DNA of 64,000 nt from an uncultured Planctomycetota bacterium (lineage in GTDB: Bacteria; Planctomycetota; Planctomycetia; Isosphaerales; Isosphaeraceae), in contig CAWGMQ010000007.1 in NCBI GenBank assembly GCA_963823665.1, forward strand, positions 288,001 to 352,000, in the 5' to 3' direction. The first letter of the stretch is position 1, and each line of letters begins with the position of its first letter. The translations under genes and the position numbers were made by a program. A model generated the notes under the pieces. The model did no database searches. It had not been told where the DNA came from and was given only the letters and a program-made list of their open reading frames with translations. Of this stretch, positions 21,101 through 32,064 are shown piece after piece.

Positions 21101-24100
21101 ATCGCCGCGGCGATCGGGAACGTGGTTCGGGTCTGGGATCTCGCAACGGGGTTCGTCGTCAAAGAGCTTAAAGGGCATACCGCGACGATCAACGCCCTGC
21201 GCGCCTCGCCTGACGGCGTGCTCGTGGCCAGCGCGGACGCGGGCGGCGAGGTGCGGATCTGGAACCTGAACGAATCCGAGGAGATGGAGACAATCCGGCA
21301 ATTCGAGGGGCCGGCCCGCTCCGTCGCGTCATCTTCCGCTGCCGGCGAACGCCTGGTGGCGTTGTATGAGTCACCGGGCAGCACGTCATCGAACGGCACG
21401 GTCGATCCGAGCGAAAGCCGCAATCTATATATCTTCAACCGGTCGGGTGGGGCTGAAGCGCCGCCCGAGAGGGGAAGCGGTTACTACCTCGGCACGGCCC
21501 AATCGCCGGCAGGGGGCCGCATTGCCACGTTTGACATGCTCAAGGAAGAGATCATCGTGTGGGAAACTGCGAATGGAAAAGTGATCCGGGTTTTTCCCGT
21601 GAAGCGAAAGGAAGAGGAGCCGAAGGGCAGGAACCGCGGGGGCTCACGTGAGAAAACGGACGTGCGTAGTTTGGCGTTTCGCGATGAAAAAGATTTGTAC
21701 GCGGTGACGGGCGAGGGGCTCTGGCGATTGCGGGTAGACTCGGGCGCTCTTGAGACGGTCGCGGGCCTGGCGGTCGGCTCGTCTCCGAAAGAGGCGACAC
21801 CCGACTTGCTTGTCCTCGAAGACGCGGTGATGGCGCTTTGCTTTTCACCAGACGGACGGATGGCCGCAGCGGGCACCGGTGGGAGGCAGGTGATCGTTTA
21901 CGATGCGGGCACATGGAAGGAGCTCGCGCGGTTGCGCGGCCATTCGCGTGGGATCACCGGGATCGCGTTCTCGAGTGATGGCCGGCGGCTCGCCAGCAGC
22001 AGCGGACGATATTTCCGGCTGGGGGCGGCGGAAGCGAACGACCGGCCGGGCGAGGTGATCGTGTGGGACACGACGACCTGGGAGGACTGCCTGCGACTGA
22101 CTCATCCCGACGCGTCTGAGTTTGCGGGGGTCGCATTCGGCGATCGCGATCGCACGCTCTTCGCCGCGGCGAATCCCGTAACAGTTAGCCCGGGCAAGCT
22201 TCCCCGCGGCGAGATTGTGCGCTGGGTGAGCACGGCCGGCGTCGCGCGGATCGCGGCAGCGGCCAATGCCGCGCGTTCGACGGCCGATTCGGCCGCTCGA
22301 GTGCGTCTCCGCGAGAGCAAGCCTGTTGGATTGCCGCCGGCTTCAACCAAGCTGTCGCGTTCGGGCGAGACAAAGCCGCTCGAAGGGGCCGTATTCCGCT
22401 CACCCGGCATGTTCATGGGCATCGCCGGCGTCACCGGCTTCACGTCGGTGGCGGTTCATCCAACCGGCGAGCTGATCGCCGCGGCAACGATCATCAGCCG
22501 GCTGATACTCTGGGATGCTCGAACTCAGGAGGTTGTGGCGGAGGCCGTTCTTCCGCCGGTTTCCTGGCCGGGATACGAGATCACGTTTAGCCCGGACGGC
22601 TCGCACTTGATCTGCACCATCGGTGACGACGCGTTCGTCCGGTCGATTCCAGGCCTGGGCGAGGCAAATTTCGAGGACGCCGCGCTGAACTTGAGACCGG
22701 AGATCGCGGCGACGATACGCCGGATCAAGATCGGCGGCGAGACGGTTCCTCTCCGACCCGCCTACTCGATGGAGGGTGCTTCACCGTTCAGCCGGGACGG
22801 CCAGCTCCAGGCGCTGGCCACGCGGGGAGACTCGCCCGCCCTCGAGGTCATTTCGGTGCCGAAGAAGTCGAAGTTGTTTTCGGTGCCGCTTGCAGGCCCG
22901 CCGATCCAAGTTGGCGTCTCGGCTAATGGCAAGGTCGCTTATGCCGTCACCCGGCCCAGCGTCGCCAAGGGAGGCGCCTGTGCCGGCCTCGGCGCTCGAG
23001 CGATGGGAGGTTCCGGGCGGGAAACCGCTCGGGGTTACCAAGGGCATGATGAACCTGGTCGCGCTGTCTCCGGATCTGGAACGATCGCTTGAGATGGCGA
23101 ACGGGATCGAGCTGTATGCGCGAACTATCCACGGGGCAGCGTGCGGCGGCACCGTTTGCCACCGAGGCGGGTTTTAGGGGGGTCGCGTTTTTCCCGGACG
23201 GCGAGCACGTGGCGACGTTCGGAGGTCAGAACTGGACGAAGGTATGGAAGATATCCACTTTGCTAAAGATCCCTGAGAACTTGCTGTTCCGCGCGGTGGG
23301 AACGCTGCTCGTCGCGCCTGACGAGAAGACGATTGCCTACGTCGATGCGTACGGCTGGCCCGCGCTGTACGACGTGGCGCGGCACCGAGCGAGCAAGCTG
23401 GCTCTCGACACCGCGCCGCGGGTTGGGGCAGCGAAGGCCGGCTCACGGCCGCGAACGCGCGGAAGCGACAATGCTGCACGTATGCATGGGCTGGTGCCAT
23501 GGCACTTCACGCCCGACGGACGAACGCTCGTGGCTGCTGCGTTCGCCGGAAGCGCACGCGCGAATCCGACGGCGTTCGACGTGAATCGCGGGGTCGAGGT
23601 TCCGATCGAAACGCTGCCCGAGGACGTCCGCCCGCCCGGTGCTCCCGCGGGCCAGAGCTTCCGGGGGTTCTTGCTTGCGATGCACGCAGCGTCCGACTCG
23701 AAGATGTTCTACTTGCTCCAGAGCATGCAGCAAGGCGCACCGCGAGGGGTTCGGAGCGAGCCGCCGTATCTGCTGTGGGATGGGGCCCAATCGCATACCG
23801 TACCGGCCCTGGGCGAGACGGCAGGCGGATTGAAGTTGCCGTGCTTCAGTGAGCGAGGCACTTTCGTGGCGGGTTTGCTGCCGGGAATCCGCCGGCGCAC
23901 CAAAGGCGCGGTCGAGCAGTCGGGCCCGGCGGTTGTCGTCCTTTCGACGAGCGACGGCAAACTCGTTTCGCGAATTCCATGCGGAAGCGATGATGTGATC
24001 TCGCTTCGGTTCACAGGCGCCGAGGACGCGCTGTTATTGCACCAGCGAGTTACGGGCAAGGCGACGGCGCTGGGGGAATTCTCACTGGCCGCGTTTGATC

Positions 24101-24990
24101 CCAGGAGTGGACGCGAGCTAAATCGACGCGCCGGCCTCCGGACCACTTTCCTGGCAGTGTCGGACGACGGAGGGCGTCTGGCTTCGCCGGTTGAGGGTGC
24201 GATCTTGATTGAATCGCCCGCAACGAAAACCGAGCTTGGGCGGATCGCGTTTGACGACTGGCCGATGCAACCCGTTGCCTTCCTGGCGGCCGGCACGAAG
24301 CTGATCACTACGGGAGCAAACGGGGCGATCCGGCTCTGGGACAGCTCGGGCCGTCCGATCGCGGTTCCGCGGCTCCAGGAGGTCGTTCCAATCGTCGAGC
24401 CGGTTGCACCCGCGACCAAGGCGAACGTGCCCGTGCCAAGGGCTCCGGCCGCACCGCGGCGACCAGCAACGGCGAAAGCTGGAAAGCCGAGCCAAGCGCG
24501 ACTGGCCGACGAGCTGAAAGAGATGGCCGTGCGTCTCAATGGTTCGCCGCAGGGCGCCTACCGTGGGCGGTTTCCCGCGCTCGCGGCCGGGTGCGAGATG
24601 CTGGCCTCGAAACTGGCGGCCGGTGAGACTCCCACGGCGGATATCGCCAAGGAGATGGAGCGGTTTATCAAAGATGCGAAGGACCTGAAAGAAGAAGGAG
24701 GGAAGCACTCGCCCTTCAAGGACTTCAACACGACGTACACGGATCGCAGCGGGCGCAGCGGACTGCCCGGATACAAGGCCAAGTTCTTTCACGAGGCGCG
24801 TGATCTCTTCGGCAAGACTATGTCCCGATCAAGAGAGACGCCCATCCTGTACGGGCAGCGGCTGTTCGCGGAGATGATCATGACGCTCGAACGGCAGATC
24901 GAGGACCTCACGGGCAAGCTGCCGGATTCGTCGCTGCTGGAGGAATGGCGAAAGGCGGGGCCAGAGAGCGGTGACAAACCGGGAGGGTGA
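18131..24990 (+). CDS. Giant protein (~2290 aa): HEPN-like N-terminus, Ser/Thr kinase, TM/coiled coil, multiple WD40 propellers (frameshifts near 22975 and 23115)
   Basis: LRNRIAH; kinase motifs EGGFAVV, VALK, HMDVTPNN, DFG, GTPAYMAAE and SDVYS; RGFEWYYW; many WD40 repeats (e.g. GHSRGITGIAFSSDG). ORFs 18131-23092 and 23089-24990 are bridged by a third frame reading LERWEVPGGKPLG. Confidence 0.85.
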
Positions 24991-25073
24991 TTTCGCGTTG
25001 GCGGGACGCTCAGATATTTCCGGGCGCCAGGGTTTGACCGGAACACCAGAGACAACGTCCAGGATGGCGGTAA

Positions 25074-27005
25074 ATGGCGAAATCGCGTGGCACGGGTGAT
25101 TGGCTGTTACTCGAGGAGAAGCTGGAGCGAGGCGACCCTTCGTTCGTGGACGATCTGCGATCGTTTCACGACGCCGAGGTCCTGGCCGGGTTTGCCGCTC
25201 GCTGGTTTGGGGACAAGCGGCCGGCATCGCGGCGCGTGATGCTGGAATACCTCGATCGTCCGCTGAACGCCTTTCGGCATGAGGCGCTGGTGAAGCGGCT
25301 CTTCAAGGCGGCCGAGGCTGCCGGCGATGATGAGGTCATGGCGCGGTTCCTGGTGCTTTTCGACCGCTCGGTGCGCCGGGAGGAGTGGCGGAGGCGGCAC
25401 GTGGAATGGGCGAAGGTCAAGACGGAAGCGGCCGCGCAGGAACTCATGGCTCACTGGCGTGCCCTGGGCTTTGACAGCGTTCAATCCTTCAACTGGCAGC
25501 GCGGGACGATCCAGATTCGCGGTGACTGGCACGAGGTGCGTCTTGGGATGCCTACACGCACCGCGATGCCGCGCGACGAGATGAAGCATCGAAATCCTCG
25601 CACGGGCGAGCTGATTTCGGACATCAACACGCGGCTCCAGAAGTGGTTCGGAAATCATCGCGTGGGAGAGCCGGTTCCACGCCGGGTGCAAAAGCTGATC
25701 GAGCGGCTGCGTCTGTTCTCGGTGGCCACGCGGCAGTACTTGAGGCGCAGGGCCTGGCGCTACTTCCGGCGAATGGGCAAGACGAACCCGCAGCGGTACG
25801 TCGCGGCCATGTCGCGGGCGCTGGAGCGATACACCGATGGCGACGTTGCCGACGGACTCGCGCTGATTGATAACTGGGGTCTCATGCATGCGCTTTTTCA
25901 TCGGAGCGAGATTCTGACGGCAAAGCCGGGAGGGTGGGTTCCGACCGAAGGGCGCTCGCTTGCAGAGCTTTCACCCGCGCCGATCTACGAACGGCTGTGG
26001 GAGCAGGCGCCGCGGGCTCTTGTCGAGTTGCTGTTTGCCGCGCGGTGCCGGCCAGTGAGGCAGTGGGCCGTCCAGATGATTCGCCGGCATGATGGCGCCC
26101 GCGCGGCCGTCAAGCTCGACGAGCTGATCGGTCTGCTCGCTCATGAAGAGGCGGACGTCGTGGCGCTGGCGGTCGAGCTTTTCCGGGAGATGAAGGGCAT
26201 CGACACGCTTGCTGTCGATCAGTGGATAGAGCTGGTCGAGAAGGCTAACCCCTCGGTGCTTGAGTGGATCGTCGAGCTGCTGGAGAGGTTCTTCGATTCC
26301 GAGCGGGTGACGCTTGCGCAGGTGGTCAGGCTTGCGCGATGCCGCAGAGTGCCCGTTGCGCGGGTGGGTTTGAAGTGGCTCTCGAACAAGGTGCCGCAGC
26401 ATGCGGCGGCCGACACCTTGCTGCTGGGTCTCACGGAGGCGGAGTGTGAGCCGCTGCGCGGGCAGATCGTGCGATTGGTCAGGGAACGACTGGCGGCAAC
26501 CACGCGGTTCGATCCAAGCTGGGTGCTCGAGTTTCTGGATAGCCGGCATGCCGACGTGCGCGCCGAAGGGATCGAGTGGTTCCGGTCGGAATCGCGTGCT
26601 CGCGACGACGTGACGATCTGGCCACGGCTGATGGAAACTCCCTACGACGATGTGCGCCTGTTCTTGATCTCGGCGCTGGAATCTCGCGTAGGCGGGCGCG
26701 ACGTCGACCGCGCGGTATCTCACGGGTTGGATCCGGAGGCGTTGCGGCTGCTCTGGGCGTCGGTGCTCCTGAACATCCAACGGGGTAGCCGGGCCAAGCC
26801 GACGGTCGTGCGGCAGCTCGTGCGGGCGATGAAACGCAGGCCGGCGGATGCGGAATTGGTCTTGCCGATTCTGGCTGTGGCGCTGCGATCGTCCCGCGGG
26901 CCTGAGCGCCGGGTGGGGCTGGCGGCGGTGGCGGAACTGGTCGAGGGGGATGTGCAGACGACGAAGGTACTCGCCGCGATTTTTCCGGAGTTGAAGTTAC
27001 TGTGA
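25074..27005 (+). CDS. HEAT/ARM-like alpha-solenoid protein, retron-associated
   Basis: Helical Leu/Ala/Arg-rich repeats (LDSRHADVRAEG, LMETPYDDVRLFL); LFSVATRQYLRRRAWRYFR; directly upstream of the ncRNA, SWIM and RT genes. Confidence 0.75.
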   Translation: MAKSRGTGDWLLLEEKLERGDPSFVDDLRSFHDAEVLAGFAARWFGDKRPASRRVMLEYLDRPLNAFRHEALVKRLFKAAEAAGDDEVMARFLVLFDRSVRREEWRRRHVEWAKVKTEAAAQELMAHWRALGFDSVQSFNWQRGTIQIRGDWHEVRLGMPTRTAMPRDEMKHRNPRTGELISDINTRLQKWFGNHRVGEPVPRRVQKLIERLRLFSVATRQYLRRRAWRYFRRMGKTNPQRYVAAMSRALERYTDGDVADGLALIDNWGLMHALFHRSEILTAKPGGWVPTEGRSLAELSPAPIYERLWEQAPRALVELLFAARCRPVRQWAVQMIRRHDGARAAVKLDELIGLLAHEEADVVALAVELFREMKGIDTLAVDQWIELVEKANPSVLEWIVELLERFFDSERVTLAQVVRLARCRRVPVARVGLKWLSNKVPQHAAADTLLLGLTEAECEPLRGQIVRLVRERLAATTRFDPSWVLEFLDSRHADVRAEGIEWFRSESRARDDVTIWPRLMETPYDDVRLFLISALESRVGGRDVDRAVSHGLDPEALRLLWASVLLNIQRGSRAKPTVVRQLVRAMKRRPADAELVLPILAVALRSSRGPERRVGLAAVAELVEGDVQTTKVLAAIFPELKLL

Positions 27006-27029
27006 GTTCGTGTGATGATTTGAACCTCA

Positions 27030-27267
27030 ATGATCTCGCGGGCGGCCGGGTCGGGAACCGAGAACCTGAATGCTGCGGCGTTCCGCCGCGGCCGACATTG
27101 GCCCAGCCTTTGCGTCCCCGAGGCCGTTGTTCTTTCGCTGCCGGTGCACCGTCGCCGTGGCACTGAGCCGACGGACGGTCTGCCACAGCGACGGTGCACC
27201 GGCAGCTCGGTGAACGACCTCGGTCCGTGCCTCGAAGTCGGTCCGGCCCGGCCGCCCGCGGGATCAT
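27030..27267 (+). ncRNA. Retron msr-msd ncRNA
   Basis: Terminal inverted repeat 27030-27055/27242-27267 (26 bp, 3 G-U pairs); msr-like hairpin 27072-27092; long msd hairpin 27137-27162/27181-27206 with outer stem 27118-27128/27213-27223. Confidence 0.85.
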
Positions 27268-27298
27268 CGTCCTTTCTGCTGCGGAAGAACATTTCAGC

Positions 27299-28994
27299 AT
27301 GAATCTGACGCTTCAATATCGGAGGCGAAGTGCGATCACGGAGGTGCCGGAGGGTCTGGATGTCACGCTGGCGCCGAACCTGCGGCGCGACCGCGTGAGC
27401 TTCGAAGGGACACTCCGGCATCCGGTGCGGTTTCGGGAAGCGATGGGGGCGCTGCACGACGTGGTGGTGAGCGACTTGCGATACCAGCCGCGCGACAAGA
27501 CGGCTTACGAGGCATACAAAGCCGAGCAGCGGAATCGCGAGGCAGGAATTCGCCGTCAGGTGGAGTCGCAGGAAAGAGCGGCGATTCTCAAGCAAGCGTT
27601 GCCCGAGTTGCCTGAGGGTTATGTCGCGGACCTCGAACGGCGCTACCGAAAGCTGCGCAAGAGCTACTGGGGGGCGCGGCAGAAGTACTCGAATTACCTG
27701 AGCCGGCACGATCCGGAACTCTGGCGGCTGCTCTTTCCGTGCGACCCGGTGATCACGGTGGCGCCGGATTGCCTCTTTTTCGAGTGTTTCAGCGCGGACG
27801 AAAGCAGCTACGGCTGCTTGACCGTGGAGCGCGCGGCGTTCGAGCGCGAGCGCGACGTCGCGCTCGGGACGACGAATGTCGATTATTCGTGGGCCTTATA
27901 TGAGCACTTTCAGAAGCTGCGGAGCTATCGCGAGACGCGGTTTGCGATTGATCCTTCTGGGTTCGAGGTCGCGGTTGACCAGGCCGGCGATTATCGCGAG
28001 GAGAAGATTGACTTGCCGGGGGGTTGGCTGCGCGGGTTCATGCAGCTTCAGGCGGCCATGAGCTTGCCGATGCGCAGGGTGGGGATTTCGCGTGAAGGGC
28101 TTTATTCGATCCTGGCGTTTCTCAGGCGGCACCGGGCGGCGAAGAGCCCGCGGGCGCTGCGGTTTGAGCTGGAGCGCGGGCGGCCGCCGGCGATCGTGCT
28201 GGAGCCGTGGGAAGAGCGGATCACGCTGCACGGAACTGCTTATGGCGGCCCGCGCGACGAGACGATTCGCGTCTGGGGGCGCGACCGGCTGCGCCCTGGG
28301 ACGCCTGCTGCCGCTACTGGACGAAGCGGAGGTTTATCTGCTGGGTACCGGTCTGCCGAGCTTCTGGTCGATTCGGATGGGAGAGATGCGGCTGCTTCTG
28401 GGGCTTTCGGGCTGGACGGCCAACGACTGGACGGGCACCGCTGCGCTTGATCAGCTCGGGCCGCCGGCCGATCCGAGCGATGCGCTGCTGGGCGACATCG
28501 CGGCGACGTTCGAGAAGTCGCCAGCCTTGACGTTCAGCCAGATTCGTGAGCGAACCGGGGCTGCGCCGGCGTTTGTCGCGGCGGGGTTGTGCCGGCTGGC
28601 CTCGCTGGGGCAGGTCATTCACGATTTGCACGCGGGCCTGTATCGATGGCGGCAGGTCATGCCGGTGGCACTTTCTCTGGATGAGCTTGGGCCCGAGAGC
28701 CCGGAGACGGTGGCGGGTCGCGAACTGTATTACCGGCGGACCGTGCGGGTTGACCGCGATGTAAAGCGGGGCGACGGCCTGCGCATTCTTGAGGGCGAAT
28801 CGGGAGGGCGGGTGGTCTCGCTGTTGCTTGATGCGGATTGGCGAATGGTGCGCGGGCGCTGCACGTGCTCGCACCATTTCACAGGTGGGATGCGACGTGG
28901 GCCGTGCCGGCATTTGCAGGCGCTTCGCCTGGCCACGACTGGGGCGAAACAAGCGTCGAGCGTCGAGGCCTGGTTCCAATCGTTTTTCCAGTAA
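27299..28994 (+). CDS. SWIM zinc-finger domain protein, retron-associated (~565 aa; frameshift near 28295)
   Basis: C-terminal GRCTCSHH...GPCRHLQAL (CxC..CxH); N-terminal DPVITV..FECFSADESSYG and GTTNVDYS; WGRDRLR continues as LGRLLPLL in the next frame. Confidence 0.85.
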
Positions 28995-29005
28995 CAGGGC
29001 AGGGC

Positions 29006-30594
29006 ATGGGCTGGTTCGCGCGGGTGTTGCAATGGTTATTGGGGGGCCGCGATCGCGGGGCCAGCCGCGGTGCTGGCGCGTCGCCTGCGGTCGAGGCGGA
29101 CCCGTACTTCGCCGGGTCGCCCGCGCCGGTCATCAAGAAGTCGAAGAACTTCGAGCTTGATGCGGGTGCGTTCTTGCCGATCGCGCGTGAAGAGATTATC
29201 GGAACGGCGCGCGGGCGGAATCTGCTGGCGAATCCGTGGTTTGGAAGGCGTGATCAGATTCCGCCCGTTAGCGATCGGCGTACGGTGCTCATTGACCGCG
29301 CGATGGTGACTCAGGGGCTGATCACTCCGGAAGAGCTGGCCGAGATTCACAGCGCCGGCGAGGAGATGGAGCGGGTCAGGCCGAGCATCGCTGGTACGGA
29401 GCATCAGGCAGCGCTCGCGGGCTCTGCGGCGGTCGAGGCTGAGAATGAGGCCCGCTTGCGGCTCAAGGCTTTGAAGAAGGAAGAGGCTGCGCGGCGGCGA
29501 GAGGAGCGTCAAGCGGCGATTGCGCATCGGCGAGCGACCGACATCGTTTTTCTGGGCGCGGGGTTTCGGCGCAATTGCACGACCGACAGAGCGATCTCGA
29601 TCGTCTGGCCGCGGAGGGGCTGCCCTCGCTGAGCACGCCTGGGGAGCTGGCGGCGGCGCTCGGGCTTACGATTCCGCGCTTGCGCTGGCTGGCTTTCCAC
29701 AGCGAGGCGGCGACGGTTTCTCACTACATCCGGTTCACGATACCGAAGCGCAGCGGCGGCACGCGCACGCTGGCGACGCCGCACCGCACGATGGCGCGAA
29801 TGCAGCGCTGGATCTTGACCGAGATCGTGTCGAAGCTGCGGGTGGAATCGCATGCTCATGGTTTTGTGACCGGGCGCAGCATCCTGACGAATGCTCGCGA
29901 GCACGCGAACCGGGCGATTGTGGTGAATCTGGATTTGAAGGATTTCTTTCCGAGCATCGGGTTTCCGCGGGTGAGAAGTGTTTTCAAGAGCGCCGGATAT
30001 TCGCCGGCCGTGGCGACGATTCTGGCGCTCCTTTGCACGGAGTGCCCGCGACGGGCGATTGAGTACGACGGCGTGCGGTATTTCGCGGCGACCGGGCAGC
30101 GCGGGTTACCGCAAGGGGCGTGCACGAGCCCGGGGCTTTCAAACCTGGTGGCGAGGCGGCTGGACCGGCGTCTGGGCGGGCTCGCGGGCAAGCTGGGTAT
30201 CAGCTATTCGCGGTATGCAGATGATTTGACTTTTTCCGGCAATGGCGAACTCGAGGGGCGCGTCGGGTACTTGATGGCACGAGTGCGGCATATTGCGGAC
30301 GATGAAGGCTTCGCCGTGAATGAGGCTAAGAGCCGGGTGTTGCGGCGCAATACGGCGCAGATGGTGACGGGCCTGGTGGTGAACAGCCGGCCTGGGGTTG
30401 CCCGGGCGGAGGTGCGGCGGCTGCGGGCGATTTTGCATCGGGCGCGGACGGAAGGATTGGAGCGCCAGAATCGGGAGGGGCGGCGGGATTTTGTTGCCTG
30501 GCTGCGCGGGAAGATTGCGTTTGTGGCGATGGCGCGGCCGGAGGTGGGGGCGAAGCTGCTGGGTGACCTACAGAGTGTGCTGGGGAGGAGCTGA
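29006..30594 (+). CDS. Retron reverse transcriptase, Mx162-like with N-terminal extension (~529 aa; one-base frameshift near 29555)
   Basis: IPKRSGGTR, AHGFVTGRSILTNAREH (retron NAxxH), DLKDFFPS, LPQGACTSP, YADDLTFS and VTGLVVN (retron VTG). No maturase or endonuclease domain. Confidence 0.93.
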
Positions 30595-30605
30595 GCTTTG
30601 AGAAG

Positions 30606-30651
30606 CCCTGCCCGATCTATCGCGACGGATAGCGCGAACGCTCGGGCAGGG
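30606..30651. terminator. Inverted repeat between the convergent RT and small-peptide genes
   Basis: ccctgcccga (30606-30615) / tcgggcaggg (30642-30651); no U-tract. Confidence 0.35.
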
Positions 30652-30706
30652 TCACAGATCGATCCGTCAGATGAAGGACGACGGCGTCAACGGGGAGCGC
30701 GGGGAT

Positions 30707-30916
30707 TTACTTGCTTTTATGACGACGACCGCCAATTAGCAGCAGGCCACCCGAGAGCAAGGCGATGGCACCCGTCGCCAAGCTGGGATCCATCTCAGGG
30801 GCCGTCGATCTTGCAACGGCCGTGGCCGAGCAAGCGCTCAGAACGAGTACAAATCCAACGGCCCATGAAACCGTTGGCAAAGCCTTTGGGGCCCACTTTG
30901 GCGAATCTGGCTTCAT
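30707..30916 (-). CDS. 69-aa secreted peptide with a VPEID-CTERM-like sorting signal
   Basis: RBS AAGGAGG; signal peptide ending AVA; APEMDP, TM helix and basic tail GRRHKSK. Confidence 0.8.
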   Translation of the reverse strand: MKPDSPKWAPKALPTVSWAVGFVLVLSACSATAVARSTAPEMDPSLATGAIALLSGGLLLIGGRRHKSK

Positions 30917-31413
30917 CGACAATACCTCCTTGGTAATTGAGGGGAACTCCGGGGGCAATGCGCCGCGGACGTGTGTTCATCATGATACTGCATCAAAACT
31001 GAAACCTGAGCCCAACATAAGCAATTGTTCTAGAACGTTCAACATGCTCGCACAGATTTCGGATCCGAACGAATCAGGACGGAGCGCAGAGGTCCTTGAT
31101 GTGGTGCCGGGGCGGTGGCGCACATGCGATTTCGACATCGCGGGAGGCTTCGCACGTGTCGCGCGTTGTCGAGGTAGGCACGGGCTCCCTCGTGCCGGTC
31201 TTGCCGCAACAAGTCTTTGAGGATGTAGCGTCTGCCAGCGGGTTCTACGAGGTCAAGCTCGCGGGCGGAATCTCGAGGCTGATGCTCGAGGACGCAAACC
31301 AGCCTCTAACAGAAGCGAACGAAGGAAACGATGGGGGAGACAATTCAACGGCATTCGTGATTCCTGGTATCATCACAAGCCGACGAATTACTCTCGTGGG
31401 GAGTCATCGGCCA

Positions 31414-31494
31414 ATGTCTGATTCGGTTCGAGTGCTGCTGGACTCATTCGATGCTCTCTCGGAGACTGAACGCGCGGAGGGCTCGCGACGATGA
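31414..31494 (+). pseudogene. Truncated copy of the small protein at 32479-32685
   Basis: MSDSVRVLLDSFDALSETER, then divergence and an early stop. Confidence 0.7.
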
Positions 31495-31637
31495 GGTTCA
31501 CGGTCACGAAAGTCGTCGACGGCGCGTTCAGCTCCGATGAAGTTCGCCGGCTCACCCATTCGCCTTCGCAGGATGGAATCAGGAGCGGGGGTCAGAAATT
31601 CGTGTTATGCCTCAATAACGAGGACAGGACGGGGGCG

Positions 31638-31935
31638 TTAGCGGCGTGGTGCCGCTGACTTTGAGCCGCGGCGCGGCGCCCGCGCCAGAAACGCCGACGG
31701 AGCGATGGCGAAGTGCTCGGCGAGCTTGAGGACCTGCCCCTTGGTGAGGGAGCGTGCGCCGGAGAGGACTGCCGAGATGGTGGACTGCGCGATCCCGACC
31801 GATTTTGCCAAGTCCGTCTGGCTGAGACCGCCCGCTCGCATCAGCTCGCGAAGTACGTCGGACTCGGAGACATCCGCGATCGGGACGTGCGCCTCGTCGT
31901 AGCCGGCGATCAGGTCGGTCAAGACGCCGACGTAG
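31638..31935 (-). pseudogene. 3' half of a HigA-like antitoxin
   Basis: Near-identical to the C-terminus of 32849-33304 (SQTDLAKSVGIAQSTISAVLSGARSLT); the 5' half is missing. Confidence 0.8.
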
Positions 31936-32064
31936 TGCCGGGTCGAAACTGGCTTCGAAAAGCCCTTCCTGATGTTTCGCTACGGATAGCGCGAACGCCA
32001 GGGCAGGTTCAGGGATTGGTCCGTCCGGTCGAGGACCACCGCGTTAGCTCGGAGAGGCGGGCTC

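Noticed and set aside
27030..27302. 90-aa ORF in the HEAT-SWIM gap, or a simple terminator/MITE reading of its inverted repeats
   Set aside because: The ORF has no protein-like features. Nested stems with opposite-strand wobble bias and no U-tract fit a retron ncRNA better.
29540..29570. Programmed ribosomal frameshift in the RT
   Set aside because: No canonical slippery heptamer. A missing G in a G run matches the window-wide error pattern.
28995..29574. Region upstream of the RT core as the msr-msd
   Set aside because: It is the coding N-terminal extension of the RT, separated by one missing base. The structured ncRNA is at 27030-27267.
29006..30594. RT as group II intron, DGR or CRISPR-associated RT
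   Set aside because: It has retron NAxxH and VTG motifs. No maturase or endonuclease domain, TR/VR pair or cas genes were seen.
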